Below, in pieces: positions 1 through 10,481 of a DNA stretch of 64,000 bases (position 1 is its first letter; every line of letters starts with the position of its first letter). Under the pieces are notes generated by a model, which saw nothing but the letters and a program-made list of their open reading frames with translations, searched no databases and was not told where the DNA came from. This DNA comes from Acidimicrobiia bacterium. GTDB taxonomy: Bacteria; Actinomycetota; Acidimicrobiia; Spongiisociales; UBA11373. The stretch is from assembly GCA_040878325.1 (NCBI GenBank), contig JBBDMM010000012.1, positions 62,001-126,000 on the forward strand, read 5' to 3'. The position numbers and the translations under genes are program-made.

Positions 1-1251
1 GCCGTGGAACATCCGGAGAAAGTCACCGAAGGAGACCTTTCGGTCGAACAGTGAGACTCCGTATGCCACGGTTCCCTTGGGGCGAAAGAATCGAGCGTCG
101 GTGCCCACCGGAATCATGGCCGGGACAAGGTGAGCCTCTGGCTGGATCCCATGCAACGCATCCGTCAGGGCTTCCCACAGCGGCCCGGCCGGCGCCGAAC
201 CGCCTGCAAGGGTTGCCTCGATGGTTTCGATCTGGATCTCGTCGATTCCCGGGCCGATCGCCTTGCGGAAGTGGTCGTGAACGTCGACCACGTCCTGGCC
301 GGGAAGCACTCGCACGTCGACCTCGGCGACGGCGTGGTCTGGCACCACGTTGGCCTTCACCCCCGACCGGAGTGTGTTGGGACTGATGGTCAAGTGGGTG
401 CAGGCGTGAATCCACCTGGCGAGGCCGAGGTCGTCGATGGCAATGCGATCGATGGCACCACCGATTCGGTCGATATCGAGTAACTCCTCGGCGAGACCAT
501 CCGGCGGAGCCCACGCCTCGACGAACCTCCGCCATTCATCGCTGATCGAGGCCGGCGGCGGAGCCGAGGCGAGCCGGGCCATCGCGTCGGCCATCGGCAC
601 CAGCGCGTTCCGAGTGCCGTATGGCTGGCTGCCATGACCGGGGACCCCGGTGGTGTGGAGCCGGCGCCATTGAGGCCCCTTCTCGGCAACGGTGACCGGC
701 AGCCCCGGACCGGTGGTCCCGTCCAGCAGAGGAGTCCCGATCTCGGTGAGGAGGTAGTCACACGCGACCTCGTCCCAATGATCGGACACCAAGAGGCGAG
801 CCCCGCGGCGGCCTCCGGCCTCTTCGTCCGCCACCGCGAGGAAGAGCAGGTCGCCGGGTAGCTGCCGCGTTTCGCCGCGCCGGTGTTGCGCAAACACCGC
901 GGCCATTGCCGCCGTCTGATTGAGCATGTCGACCGCCCCCCGCCCCCAAACGAAGCCATCGCGGCGCTCGCCACCGAAGGGATCGACACTCCATCCCTCC
1001 GCCGACACCGGTACGACGTCGGTGTGACCCATGAGCATCAAGGACGGGGCCGCGGGATCGGTCCCCGGCACTCGCCAGATCGCGCTCATGCGCCCCGGAT
1101 GCGGTTCAAAGGTCCAATCTGCCGTGCCCAAATAGGCCTCGAGGGTCGCCACGGAGCGGGCCTCGCCCCCGGAGTCCGGCGTCCCGTCGTTGACGCAGGC
1201 GTTCCGTATCAGCGCCACCAGCAACTCGACCAGGTCGCCCCGAGGAATCAT
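1..1251 (-). CDS. M20/M25/M40 family metallo-hydrolase (ArgE/DapE-like), 3' end runs off the window
   Basis: Manual translation from ATG 1251: MIPRGDLVELLVALIRNACVND...LMLMGHTDVVP...KANVVPD...GTDARFF. Not in the ORF track because there is no stop in the window. Confidence 0.85.
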   Translation of the reverse strand, partial: MIPRGDLVELLVALIRNACVNDGTPDSGGEARSVATLEAYLGTADWTFEPHPGRMSAIWRVPGTDPAAPSLMLMGHTDVVPVSAEGWSVDPFGGERRDGFVWGRGAVDMLNQTAAMAAVFAQHRRGETRQLPGDLLFLAVADEEAGGRRGARLLVSDHWDEVACDYLLTEIGTPLLDGTTGPGLPVTVAEKGPQWRRLHTTGVPGHGSQPYGTRNALVPMADAMARLASAPPPASISDEWRRFVEAWAPPDGLAEELLDIDRIGGAIDRIAIDDLGLARWIHACTHLTISPNTLRSGVKANVVPDHAVAEVDVRVLPGQDVVDVHDHFRKAIGPGIDEIQIETIEATLAGGSAPAGPLWEALTDALHGIQPEAHLVPAMIPVGTDARFFRPKGTVAYGVSLFDRKVSFGDFLRMFHG

Positions 1252-1306
1252 CTGCGGTCGTCCCCGGGCAGTGCCCTCCGGGCGCCAGACGGAATCGTCG
1301 CCCCGG

Positions 1307-1780
1307 TCATCCGTCGCTCCGGTGCATCACGATCGACCGGGCCTTGAAGCCATTCGACTCGAAGAAGTTCTTCGAAGCCCGGTGCCCTGGCGAAACGTGG
1401 GCGTCGAAATCATGGATTCCTCGCCCTTCTGCATCGCTCAGAAACAGGGCGATCATCGCCTCCCCTACCCCAACCCCCCGGGCCCCGGCGAGGGTGAAGA
1501 TGAGGTGTACCGCGGCGACGCGGCGGCCCCCGGCCTGCGGCAAGAGTGCTTCGTCGCGCGCCATCAAGAAGCCGACTGGAACCTGGTCGATTTCGCCGAG
1601 ATACAGGTGGGCCGTTGGATCCCCGAGCAATGATTCAAAAGACCCGATCACCGGGTGAGGCAGCCCGTCCGCCGACGACCAGATCGGCTTGATCGCATCC
1701 ATTTCGGCCGCGAGGTCGAAATAGAGATTCTCCAAGATGGGCAGGTCGTCCCGGGTGGCGGATCTGGAGGTGGGTCCCAC
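1307..1780 (-). CDS. GNAT family N-acetyltransferase
   Basis: Acetyl-CoA motif ARGVGVGEAM and C-terminal NFFESNGF; TAGCCT -10 box 7 nt before the GTG. Confidence 0.8.
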   Translation of the reverse strand: MGPTSRSATRDDLPILENLYFDLAAEMDAIKPIWSSADGLPHPVIGSFESLLGDPTAHLYLGEIDQVPVGFLMARDEALLPQAGGRRVAAVHLIFTLAGARGVGVGEAMIALFLSDAEGRGIHDFDAHVSPGHRASKNFFESNGFKARSIVMHRSDG

Positions 1781-1869
1781 GGGAACAAGGCTAAATCGGT
1801 CGCAGAAGAAGGTGTGTCGTGAAGCCCGGCTGGGCCAAAGGGGCGAGCCAGCGACCTATTCGCTGACCC

Positions 1870-2316
1870 CTAGGCGCAGTCGCGGCAGAGCTGCTTCCGC
1901 TTGTCGGCCAGTTGGCTGGAACGCTTCACCAGGAAGCACGAACGGCAGACGAACTCTCCCAACCCCGCGGTCTCGGCTGGGGTGTCGAGTTCGATGGCTT
2001 CGCGTCGGAGCTTCCGCAGCTCCTCGGCCTCATCGACCGGAAGGCTTTCGGCTTCCTCATCCTCGGTGAGCATCTCGAGCTCTTCGGCTTCGAGCTCGTC
2101 GAGTGCCTCGCTCTCTTCGTCGTCCTCGTCATCGGCGGCCTCGTCGTCATCTTCGGCTTCATCACCGGCGACGACGACGGCCGTGAGATCGACTTCGAGG
2201 TCGGCCTCGACTTCCTCGAGATCGACCTCTTCGATTTCCTCCTCCGCATCGTCGTCGTCATCCTCCGCCCAATCCTCTTCAGGTTCGGCGAGGTCTTCGT
2301 CGTCGGGGGGCGCCAT
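1870..2316 (-). CDS. DUF4193-like acidic protein with C-terminal zinc ribbon
   Basis: Very acidic N-terminus; EFVCRSCFLVK..SQLA...CRDC matches the actinobacterial DUF4193 tail. Confidence 0.75.
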   Translation of the reverse strand: MAPPDDEDLAEPEEDWAEDDDDDAEEEIEEVDLEEVEADLEVDLTAVVVAGDEAEDDDEAADDEDDEESEALDELEAEELEMLTEDEEAESLPVDEAEELRKLRREAIELDTPAETAGLGEFVCRSCFLVKRSSQLADKRKQLCRDCA

Positions 2317-2391
2317 CGAGCCTCCAGGTGGTGCAATGAAGCGGGCGGAGTATATCGCCGGCCGCCGGGACCCCTCCGCCGGGTGATCTGG

Positions 2392-3201
2392 CTAGATCGC
2401 AAGCCGGACCGCGGCGGAAAGGCAGGTCACTCGAAACGCGCCGTGACCGACCCGTATTCCGTCGACCACGACTGGCCACGCCGAGGGGGCGGCTATTTCG
2501 GCAGTGGCGAGGGAGCGCCGTCGCACGTGGTGCGAGCGTACGTGCATCCCATTTCGCATCGAGTGGCGCAAGCGGGATAGCGCGATGCGATGTCCGTTGA
2601 ACAGTTGGACATCCAGGACTCCGTCCACCAGGGTCGACCGGGGCGCCACTCCCCACGAATGCCAAAATTGCCCGTTCAGCACCAGGATCCCCGATGCAAC
2701 CGACTCGGTCACAGATTCGGCGACGGTGACCGACACGCCGGTGGAAGGCAGCAGCGGAGAAGGCCACCAGGGGAACCACCGGGGACCCTTCGCCATGATC
2801 CCGGCAGCCACCGAGTTGACGAAGACCCTCTCGCCGAAGCCTCCCTCGATGTGGCCGACGTCGACCGGGTACGGGGTGTGATCGACCATGCGCTCGATCG
2901 CCCCCTGCAGTGTCTGGTCTGCGGCGAATGTCCTCAACAGGTCCGAGTGAGTCGTGATCAATGCCATATCGGTCTGGTTTTCGAGGCGGCGAGCACCCAC
3001 TTCGGCCACTGCGTCGGCCAACTCCGGATCGCCCCCCTCGATCGCGATGCGGCGAAACCCGGCATCGAGGGCTCCCCCCACCGACCCCGCCAGGCCGTGG
3101 GGATCGCCGACTGATATCCGGTGGGCCACCTGAGCCTCCCGTAGTCCGGCCTCGAGGGTGGTGGCGGTCGAGTCCTTGACGGTGAATATCTGCCAACTCA
3201 T
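2392..3201 (-). CDS. Diacylglycerol kinase/YegS-like protein with degenerate motifs
   Basis: Start overlaps the helY stop (ATGA); VDVG, FVNS, NGQF, DGVLDV and VDG motifs; GGDP in place of GGDG. Confidence 0.7.
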   Translation of the reverse strand: MSWQIFTVKDSTATTLEAGLREAQVAHRISVGDPHGLAGSVGGALDAGFRRIAIEGGDPELADAVAEVGARRLENQTDMALITTHSDLLRTFAADQTLQGAIERMVDHTPYPVDVGHIEGGFGERVFVNSVAAGIMAKGPRWFPWWPSPLLPSTGVSVTVAESVTESVASGILVLNGQFWHSWGVAPRSTLVDGVLDVQLFNGHRIALSRLRHSMRNGMHVRSHHVRRRSLATAEIAAPSAWPVVVDGIRVGHGAFRVTCLSAAVRLAI

Positions 3202-5693
3202 AGGGCCCCCTGCGCGGCCACGACTCCGCGATCGAGCCCGCGCAGTGCCTCGCGGATCCCGCCCGGAGGATCCTCCTCGACGTCTCCGATCTGGCGGATC
3301 AGGTCGATGAGTTGGCGGCAGTTGCGGACGAAGTCGCCTACCGGGGCGTCCTCCTCCTCGAAGAGCTCTGCGAGGTTTTCGCCGGACACCCACCGGTAGA
3401 CGATCGAAGCGAAACCCGCATCCGGGGGCCGGGTCTCCTGGATTCCTGCCCGCCGCTCGGCGGCGGCGATCTCTGCCCAGATCTGTTCCACCCGTTCGGC
3501 AAGGGGGGCGACCTCAGATGGCCATCCGGCGACGGTGGGCTCGCGTCGGGCCTCATAGGTGAACGCTGAGGCGAGTGCAGCCAGCGAGGGGCCATCCAGG
3601 CCCACGAACAACCGCTCGGACAGCGCTTCCGCCAGCACCAGGTCCATCTCGTTGTAGACCCGGCGGAGGCGCTCTCCCTTCGGTGTCAGGCTCCATCCGC
3701 GTACGTAATGACGATCCTCGAGGAGACCGAGCAGGGATCGGAAGTCCTTGACCAATCCCGGACCGAGTGCAGCTGCCTGCCGCCGCCTTGCTTCGAGCCG
3801 GGCTTCGACCTGCCGTGCGGCCCGGGCCGCTTCGACATGCCCGATGATCGCCGGGTCGTCGCCTTCAGGAGGGTCGAGCACCAGGACCCGCTCCGTGGGC
3901 TGGAACCGGTCGATGGCAGCCGCGACTTCCCTTCGATACACCGGGTCGCGGGGACGAAACGGCCGGGGAAGGTCGATGCGTCCCACCCGGGCGACGCTCA
4001 GCGGCAGACGATCCGAGGCGACCCGGCGGATCTGTCCCGAGTCCGAGACGGTGAGGAGTCGGGGACGCTTGCCGGTGCCGCGGGAGACGACGGCGTGGCG
4101 AACGGTCGAGCCGCGCTCGTCCCACTCGAGGATGTCACCGGGACTCGTCAGCGCGGCAAACTCGGTCAGCTGGCGGTCGCGGTTGGGCGGCCCGGCGTCG
4201 GCAATCGCCCACACATCGACGTCGGCATGGTTGGCGGTGGTGCGTAGCTCGGCCAGCCGCGCCTCGTCCTCGGCAATCGCATCGACCATTTCCGCCCGAC
4301 GTCGCCCTTCCCGGAACTGGGCAAACGACGACTCGAGCAACTGCTCGGCGGTCGTCCGGTCGTACCGGGCGACGAGGTTGACCGTCATGTTGTACGTAGG
4401 TCGAAATGACGATCGGAGGGGGTGGCTCCCCCGGGCGGCGATGCCGGCGGCACGCTCGAAGGGCACGTACGGCGAGTGGAGGATCACCGCGGTGCCTTCC
4501 TCGTCGATGCCACGCCTGCCCGCCCTACCCGTCAGTTGCGTGTAGTCCCCAGCCTGGAGCAGTTCGTGCGTCTCGCCATTGAACTTGGAAAGGCTCTCGA
4601 GCACCACTGTACGCGCCGGCATGTTGATCCCGAGCGCCAGCGTCTCGGTGGCGAACACCAGGCGAACCAAGCCCTCGGCGAAGAGGCGCTCCACGATCTC
4701 CTTCATGGCCGGAACGAGCCCCGCATGGTGCGAGGCAACCCCCGACTCGAGGGCGTGCAGCCACCGTTGGTATCCCAGAACCGCAAGGTCCTCAGGTCGC
4801 AGGTGCTTGGTACTGGCTTCGGCGACCGCCCTGATCTCCGTCGCCTCATCCGGTGTGGTCAACCGCAGGCCGCGAGCGACCACTCCGGATGCCGCACTGT
4901 CGCAGCCCGCTCGGGAGAAGATGAAGAAGATCGCCGGCAACAGGTGCTGACGACGAAGGAGCTCGCACGTCTCGTGCCGCCGCGGCGAGGCATAGCGACG
5001 CGAGGCGTTCGGTGCCCGCAGAGTCCGTGCGAGGCGCTCGTTGGGCCGGGCGCCCTGGAACACCGGATACAGCCGTAGCCCACTCTTGTCCCAGCGATCG
5101 CGAATCAGGTAGGTGGACTCCAGCGGGACAGGGCGCTCGGTCTCGAGGATCAGCTCGGTGTCGCCGCGTCGATCGCGCACCCATCCGGCGAACTCCTCGG
5201 CATTGGCAACCGTGGCCGAGAGACACACCAGCGGAATGCGCCGGTCGAGGTGAACGATGATCTCCTCCCACACCCCACCCCGTGTCGGATCCTGCAGGTA
5301 GTGGACCTCATCGAGGATCACCACCCCCACGTCGTCCAGGTCGACGCTCCCCTCGTACATCATGTTGCGGAGAACCTCGGTGGTCATCACCACGATCGAC
5401 GCGGTGCCGTTGATCGAGTTGTCGCCGGTGAGCAGGCCGACGGCGGCGTCTCCGTGCGATCGTCGGAAGTCGCCAAACTTCTGGTTGGACAACGCCTTGA
5501 GCGGGGTCGTGTACACCGCCCGCTCTCCCCGGCCCAGCGCCCTGGCGATGGCGGCCTCGGCCACCACGGTCTTGCCGGCTCCCGTGGGTGCCGTCACCAC
5601 CACGGATGCACCCCGGTCGATAGCGGCGGCAGCATCCCGTTGGAACCGATCGGCCGGGAAGGGCAGAGAGTCGAGATATGAGCGGGCAGTCAT
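3198..5693 (-). CDS. helY: Ski2-like DEAD/DEAH RNA helicase HelY
   Basis: APTGAGKT, DEVH, SAT, GRAGRRG; DSHCT-like C-terminus; located downstream of tatC. Confidence 0.9.
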   Translation of the reverse strand: MTARSYLDSLPFPADRFQRDAAAAIDRGASVVVTAPTGAGKTVVAEAAIARALGRGERAVYTTPLKALSNQKFGDFRRSHGDAAVGLLTGDNSINGTASIVVMTTEVLRNMMYEGSVDLDDVGVVILDEVHYLQDPTRGGVWEEIIVHLDRRIPLVCLSATVANAEEFAGWVRDRRGDTELILETERPVPLESTYLIRDRWDKSGLRLYPVFQGARPNERLARTLRAPNASRRYASPRRHETCELLRRQHLLPAIFFIFSRAGCDSAASGVVARGLRLTTPDEATEIRAVAEASTKHLRPEDLAVLGYQRWLHALESGVASHHAGLVPAMKEIVERLFAEGLVRLVFATETLALGINMPARTVVLESLSKFNGETHELLQAGDYTQLTGRAGRRGIDEEGTAVILHSPYVPFERAAGIAARGSHPLRSSFRPTYNMTVNLVARYDRTTAEQLLESSFAQFREGRRRAEMVDAIAEDEARLAELRTTANHADVDVWAIADAGPPNRDRQLTEFAALTSPGDILEWDERGSTVRHAVVSRGTGKRPRLLTVSDSGQIRRVASDRLPLSVARVGRIDLPRPFRPRDPVYRREVAAAIDRFQPTERVLVLDPPEGDDPAIIGHVEAARAARQVEARLEARRRQAAALGPGLVKDFRSLLGLLEDRHYVRGWSLTPKGERLRRVYNEMDLVLAEALSERLFVGLDGPSLAALASAFTYEARREPTVAGWPSEVAPLAERVEQIWAEIAAAERRAGIQETRPPDAGFASIVYRWVSGENLAELFEEEDAPVGDFVRNCRQLIDLIRQIGDVEEDPPGGIREALRGLDRGVVAAQGAL

Positions 5694-6406
5694 CGGCGGA
5701 TCGTGAACCGGACGGCCCAGATGGTCGCCTCATAGAGCAGGTAGAGGGGCACCGAGAGGAGCAGCAGGGTGAGCGGGTCGCCGCTCGGGGTGATGACTGC
5801 TCCGACGACCACGATGAGCAGCACAGCCCAGCGGCGCCCCGCCGCCAGCTTCCGCCACCCGAGCACGCCGATCGCCGCCGCGGAGTACAGGAAGACCGGG
5901 AACTCGAACGACAGCGCAAATACCAGCAGGAACCGCATTGCGAAAGAGAGGTAGTCGTTACCGCCGATCACCGGCGTCAGGTCGTCACCACCGAATTCGA
6001 TGAGGAACGCGAGGCCGCGTCCTAGCGACAGGTATCCGACGAACAGTCCGGCCAAGAACAGCAGAACCAGCACCGAGACGATCGGGACCACGACCCGCTT
6101 CTCGCGCCGGGTGAGGGCGGGGGCGATGAAGGCCCAGGTCTGCCAGATCACGATCGGGCTGGCGAGTACGAATCCGCCGAACATCGAGAGGCGCATGAAC
6201 AGGCTGAAGGCCTCCGTCGGCCGAAAGAACACGAGATCGGCGTCGCCGACTACATCCTCGTAGGGGGCAACGATCAGGTCGAAGATCCAGTGCCGGAAGA
6301 CGAAGGCGACGATCGCGCCAGCCACCACCGCCAGCGCGGTCTTGATGAGCCGGTTGCGCAGCTCCTCCAGATGGCTCATCAGCGGCTGGCCGGGATGATC
6401 GGTCAT
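5690..6406 (-). CDS. tatC: Twin-arginine translocase subunit TatC
   Basis: HLEELRNRL, six hydrophobic segments, FEFP, ITPSGDP. Confidence 0.95.
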   Translation of the reverse strand: MTDHPGQPLMSHLEELRNRLIKTALAVVAGAIVAFVFRHWIFDLIVAPYEDVVGDADLVFFRPTEAFSLFMRLSMFGGFVLASPIVIWQTWAFIAPALTRREKRVVVPIVSVLVLLFLAGLFVGYLSLGRGLAFLIEFGGDDLTPVIGGNDYLSFAMRFLLVFALSFEFPVFLYSAAAIGVLGWRKLAAGRRWAVLLIVVVGAVITPSGDPLTLLLLSVPLYLLYEATIWAVRFTIRR

Positions 6407-6660
6407 TCGTTGGGACCGTTGGCGGCGGGTGGTCGCTCCCCCTGAGTCGTTGGCCCCATCGCCCGCCTCACCTCACCGAGCGACTCGACGGTGTCTTCGT
6501 ACTCGCGCTCAAAACCCTGGCGGAGGTCGATGGCGGTGGCACGGATCTCGCGCAACACGCTTCCCGCCTTGCGAGATATCTCGGGCAGCCGCTTGGGCCC
6601 GAAGACGATGAGGGCCACGGCGACGATCGTGATGATCTCGGCGGGACTCACGCTGAACAC
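6403..6660 (-). CDS. TatA/TatB family translocase subunit
   Basis: N-terminal TM helix, FGPKRLP hinge and amphipathic helix; coupled to tatC. A versus B cannot be resolved by eye. Confidence 0.85.
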   Translation of the reverse strand: MFSVSPAEIITIVAVALIVFGPKRLPEISRKAGSVLREIRATAIDLRQGFEREYEDTVESLGEVRRAMGPTTQGERPPAANGPNE

Positions 6661-6718
6661 AGCGCGATGGTAGAGGGGGCCCGGGCGTGCCTACCCGGTC
6701 GGTTGCGGAGAGGCCGCC

Positions 6719-7006
6719 CTAATTGACCTGGTCCACCCACTCGCCGGAGTCGAGAGCATCGATGAATCGCCTGATCTCGGATTCGGTGATGGTTCCGCCG
6801 TCATCGACTACTTCGTAGGCGACACCGGTCGCGAGCAGGATGCTCACCACCCGGTGGTTGGCGGGCCGCCGCTGGGTGTCCCCGCACGTCGGGCATGAGA
6901 ACAGGTACATGCCCGTGCCGTTGATCGCGGTGAGTTCGAGGGTGAGTTCTGCGGGGATCAACTCGACGTCGCCGCAGACGGCGCAAGTGGTCCGGATCTG
7001 GGTCAT
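6719..7006 (-). CDS. Small zinc-ribbon protein (CxxC...CxxC)
   Basis: MTQIRTTCAVCGDVEL...YLFSCPTCG; GGAG upstream of ATG 7006. Confidence 0.7.
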   Translation of the reverse strand: MTQIRTTCAVCGDVELIPAELTLELTAINGTGMYLFSCPTCGDTQRRPANHRVVSILLATGVAYEVVDDGGTITESEIRRFIDALDSGEWVDQVN

Positions 7007-7089
7007 CGAGGTGCTCCCGTGAGGTTCCACATCATCGAGCAAGGTATCGGAGCACCCATTAGGGGCCTGAATGACCATTTGGGGCCTAG

Positions 7090-8016
7090 TCACCGATAGC
7101 GTCCAAGGATGCGGGTGCGCAGTGTCTCGGCCGCTGCGGCGACCTCGTCGCCCGCCACCAGGGATGCGGATTCGCCGAGGCGAAGGAGGAGCCGCGCCGG
7201 TACCAGTGGGTCACGGGCCGACAGGTCGATGGTGATGCCTTCCTCGTCGGAAGCGATCGTCGAAACCGGGTAATACTCGGCCACCCAGGCCGCGTCGGGC
7301 CGCAGACGGATGCGCGCGGTGACATCGTCGACTCCCGGGGTGTACCGAATTCGGGCAACGGGTGGCGACTCCTGAGGTGTGAACTGCTCACCGGTGAGCG
7401 CGGCCTCCCTGATCCGGTCGACGCGAAACACCCGTTCGGCGGCAGCCAGTCGGCAGTATCCGGTCACATACCAGTTGCCGAGCGTCGCCAGCACCCCCCA
7501 CGGCTCGATGGCGCGCTCGGTGGTCTCTCCCGAGCCGATTGCGGTGTAGGTGATGGCCACCACTTCCCCTTCTCGGGCGGCATGCCGGAACAGTGCAAGA
7601 GCGTCGGGCTCGGCGGCGAGATCGATGGCGACGGTTCCTTCGTCCGGTAGTACCACCTGCTGGAGCTTGGCAACCGCGGTCGCCAGCGCCGGAGGCGCCA
7701 CCCCGGAGGACATCACCGCCAGCCCTGCAGCAAGGAGCATCAGGGCCTCGGCCGCGGTCAAGCGGACGGGTCTGGAGAAGTAGTCGGCCATGTCGACCAC
7801 CACCTCGTCCTCGTCGACGAAAGCATCCATGAGATCGCCGGGGCCGTAGCCCGGCAGACCGCAGACGAAGACCACATTGAGATCCTTGACCAGATCGGCC
7901 TGCTCGTATCCGAACCGCCGGCAAACCTCCTCCACGGTGTTTCCGGGGTTGGCGATCACCCACGGCAGCATCGAGAGAATGCGGGAAAGGCGCTCGGCGG
8001 TACGTGGGCTCGTCAC
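7090..8016 (-). CDS. pafC: WYL-domain transcriptional regulator PafC
   Basis: HTH, CGLPGYGPGDL, WYV...RVFRVDRI; GTG overlaps the pafB stop. Confidence 0.88.
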   Translation of the reverse strand: MTSPRTAERLSRILSMLPWVIANPGNTVEEVCRRFGYEQADLVKDLNVVFVCGLPGYGPGDLMDAFVDEDEVVVDMADYFSRPVRLTAAEALMLLAAGLAVMSSGVAPPALATAVAKLQQVVLPDEGTVAIDLAAEPDALALFRHAAREGEVVAITYTAIGSGETTERAIEPWGVLATLGNWYVTGYCRLAAAERVFRVDRIREAALTGEQFTPQESPPVARIRYTPGVDDVTARIRLRPDAAWVAEYYPVSTIASDEEGITIDLSARDPLVPARLLLRLGESASLVAGDEVAAAAETLRTRILGRYR

Positions 8017-8930
8017 GAGACCCCCAAGTGCTCGATGAAGCGCTGCCGGAGTTCGGCAGGAGCGATAATCTCCGCGGCGTCCTCGAAGCCGATGATCCAC
8101 CCGATCAACGCCGCCGGCGACGCCACCGGGAACACCGCCTCGAGCGATCCATCCGAAGAGACGGTCACCCGTGCGGCCGTCGACAGCTGACGCCGTGCCC
8201 ACCAGGCGATCCCGGCGTCGAAGCGGACAGTGACCTCGACATCCTCTTCTCCGGCCTCCCAGGGAGCTTCCGGGAAGTCGTCTGATGCCCGAAACCCCTT
8301 GGGGCGCTCGAAGGCGCCCGCCTTGGTGCCCGCCGTGATCCCTGCCATCCGGTCCACCCGGAAGGTCCGTCGCTCCTTCGATGACTCCCCCACCGCATAC
8401 CAGTGACCCATGCGGTGCACGAGGCCCCAGGGCCGCAAGGTGCGTTGCTTGTCGCGGTAGTCGAACTTCAACACCCGCCGCTCGGTCAATGCCATGAATA
8501 TCTCGCCCAGCGCGTCGGCCTCGGCACCGAGATCAGCCGACAGCGGGTCGCCGGTCGATGCCATCGGCACGCCACCCAGCTTGAAGATCGCCGCGGGGCC
8601 CGGCGCCTGCCCTCCGAGGCGGACCATCCTGGTGGCGAGCCAGAGGGCGGTGCGTTCCTCGTCGGTCAGTCCGGGATCCGGCAGTGAGTACTCATCCGGC
8701 GAGACGACGTAACCCTGCTCGATCTCCCACGCATCCGTGTGCTCCAGCGACAACGGCACCCCCAACTGCCGCAGCAGGTCTTTGTCCCGCTCGAAGGTGC
8801 GCCTGAAGGCTTCGTCGGTCGGCTGGTCGTAGCCCGCCACCGTGTTGCGGATCTCATCGGCGGTGACCGGGCGACCGACGGTCAGGAGGAACGCCAGGAG
8901 GTTGAGGATCCGTTCGACGACGCGCTGCAC
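8013..8930 (-). CDS. pafB: WYL-domain transcriptional regulator PafB
   Basis: ERILNL, AFRRTFERDKDLLR, WYAVG...RTFRVDR; TACAGT 7 nt upstream of GTG 8930. Confidence 0.9.
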   Translation of the reverse strand: MQRVVERILNLLAFLLTVGRPVTADEIRNTVAGYDQPTDEAFRRTFERDKDLLRQLGVPLSLEHTDAWEIEQGYVVSPDEYSLPDPGLTDEERTALWLATRMVRLGGQAPGPAAIFKLGGVPMASTGDPLSADLGAEADALGEIFMALTERRVLKFDYRDKQRTLRPWGLVHRMGHWYAVGESSKERRTFRVDRMAGITAGTKAGAFERPKGFRASDDFPEAPWEAGEEDVEVTVRFDAGIAWWARRQLSTAARVTVSSDGSLEAVFPVASPAALIGWIIGFEDAAEIIAPAELRQRFIEHLGVS

Positions 8931-8947
8931 GGAAGTGACTGTATAGG

Positions 8948-9030
8948 AAGAGCCAAGAATCAAGAATCAAGAAGCAAGAGTCGAGAGCAGGACGACTCTC
9001 TTGATTCTTGGCTCTTGACTCTTGGTTCTT
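8948..9030. repeat. Inverted heptamer tandem-repeat array (AAGA[AG]NC units and their complement)
   Basis: aagagcc-aagaatc-aagaatc-aagaagc-aagagtc ... gattctt-ggctctt-gactctt-ggttctt between pafA and pafB. Confidence 0.85.
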
Positions 9031-10385
9031 CACAGACTCGCGATCAGCTTCTCGACGCGTTCGTCGACGGCGCGGAAGGGGTCCTTGCAGAGCACGGTGC
9101 GCTGCGCCTGGTCGTTCAACTTCAGGTGTACCCAGTCGACTGTGAAGTCGCGATTGCGGGCCTTTGCCGCCTTGATGAACTCACCCCGCAACCGGGCGCG
9201 GGTGGTCTGTGGAGGGTGAAGGAGTGCCCGCTCGACGTCCTCATCCGTGACGATCCGCTCCACCAGCCCGCGGCGTTCGAGCAGGTAGTACAGACCTCGC
9301 TCTCGAGTGACGTCGTGGTACGACAGGTCGATGAGGGCGAGGCGGGGATCGTTCATGGCGAGGCCCCGGCTGGCGCTGTAGTTCTCGATCAAGTGGTACT
9401 TGGCGACCCAGTCGCATTCGCGCTGGAGGCTGAGTGGATCCTTCTCGAGCCCGGTGAGGAGGTGTTCCCACATCTGCACGGCCGACTGCACCTGCGGGGG
9501 AAAGCCGGTGCTGCGGGCGTAGCGAATGACCCTTTCGAGATACTCCCATTGCATGTCGAGCGCCGAAAGCTCCCGACCGTTGGCCAGCCGAACCTTCCGG
9601 CGACATGTGATGTCGTGGCTGATCTCGCGAATCGCCCGGATCGGGTTCTCCAGAGTCAGGTCGCGGAAGACGACGTCGTCTTCAAGCATCTGCAGGATGG
9701 CGACGGTTGATCCCACCTTGACGTATGAGATGTACTCCGACATGTTCGAGTCACCTGCGATCACGTGGAGCCGCCGGTACTTCTCGGCGTCCGCATGCGG
9801 CTCATCCCTGGTGTTGATGATCGGACGGCTACGGGTGGTCGCGGAGGAGACCCCCTCCCAGATGTGCTCGGCGCGCTGAGCCAGGGAGAAGACGGTGCCC
9901 CGGGCCGTCTGCAGCAGCTTGCCCGCCCCGCTGAAGACCTGGCGGGTGACGAAGAAGGGAATCAGGGTGTCGATCATCCGCTGGAAATCGGTCTGGCGGT
10001 TCACCAGGTAGTTCTCGTGGCACCCGTAAGAGTTCCCGGCTGAATCGGTGTTGTTCTTGAAGAGAAACACCTGACCGCGAATGCCCTCTTCTTCCAGCCG
10101 TTGCTCGGCCGAGTGGAGCAGCCCTTCGAGAACGCGCTCCCCCGCCTTGTCGTGCGCCACCAGGTCGTACAGCGAGTCACACTCCGGCGTGGCGTACTCG
10201 GGGTGGCTGCCGACATCGAGATAGAGGCGCGCCCCGTTCTCGAGAAACACGTTCGACGAACGGCCCCAGGAGACGACGCGCCGGAACAAGTAACGGGCGA
10301 CTTCGTCGGGCGACAGACGGCGCTGCCCCCGCAGCGTGCAGGTGACGCCGTACTCGTTCTCCATCCCAAAGATGCGTCGTTCCAT
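9030..10385 (-). CDS. pafA: Pup--protein ligase PafA
   Basis: [41 protein letters not shown]. Confidence 0.97.
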   Translation of the reverse strand: MERRIFGMENEYGVTCTLRGQRRLSPDEVARYLFRRVVSWGRSSNVFLENGARLYLDVGSHPEYATPECDSLYDLVAHDKAGERVLEGLLHSAEQRLEEEGIRGQVFLFKNNTDSAGNSYGCHENYLVNRQTDFQRMIDTLIPFFVTRQVFSGAGKLLQTARGTVFSLAQRAEHIWEGVSSATTRSRPIINTRDEPHADAEKYRRLHVIAGDSNMSEYISYVKVGSTVAILQMLEDDVVFRDLTLENPIRAIREISHDITCRRKVRLANGRELSALDMQWEYLERVIRYARSTGFPPQVQSAVQMWEHLLTGLEKDPLSLQRECDWVAKYHLIENYSASRGLAMNDPRLALIDLSYHDVTRERGLYYLLERRGLVERIVTDEDVERALLHPPQTTRARLRGEFIKAAKARNRDFTVDWVHLKLNDQAQRTVLCKDPFRAVDERVEKLIASL

Positions 10386-10481
10386 CGGAGGCGAGGGTAC
10401 CGGTGCCGGATCGATTGCGGACGGAGATCGGAGCCGACCAGGCCCGGGCGGAGGCCCAGCCTGACTAGTCCGCTCAGCCCC

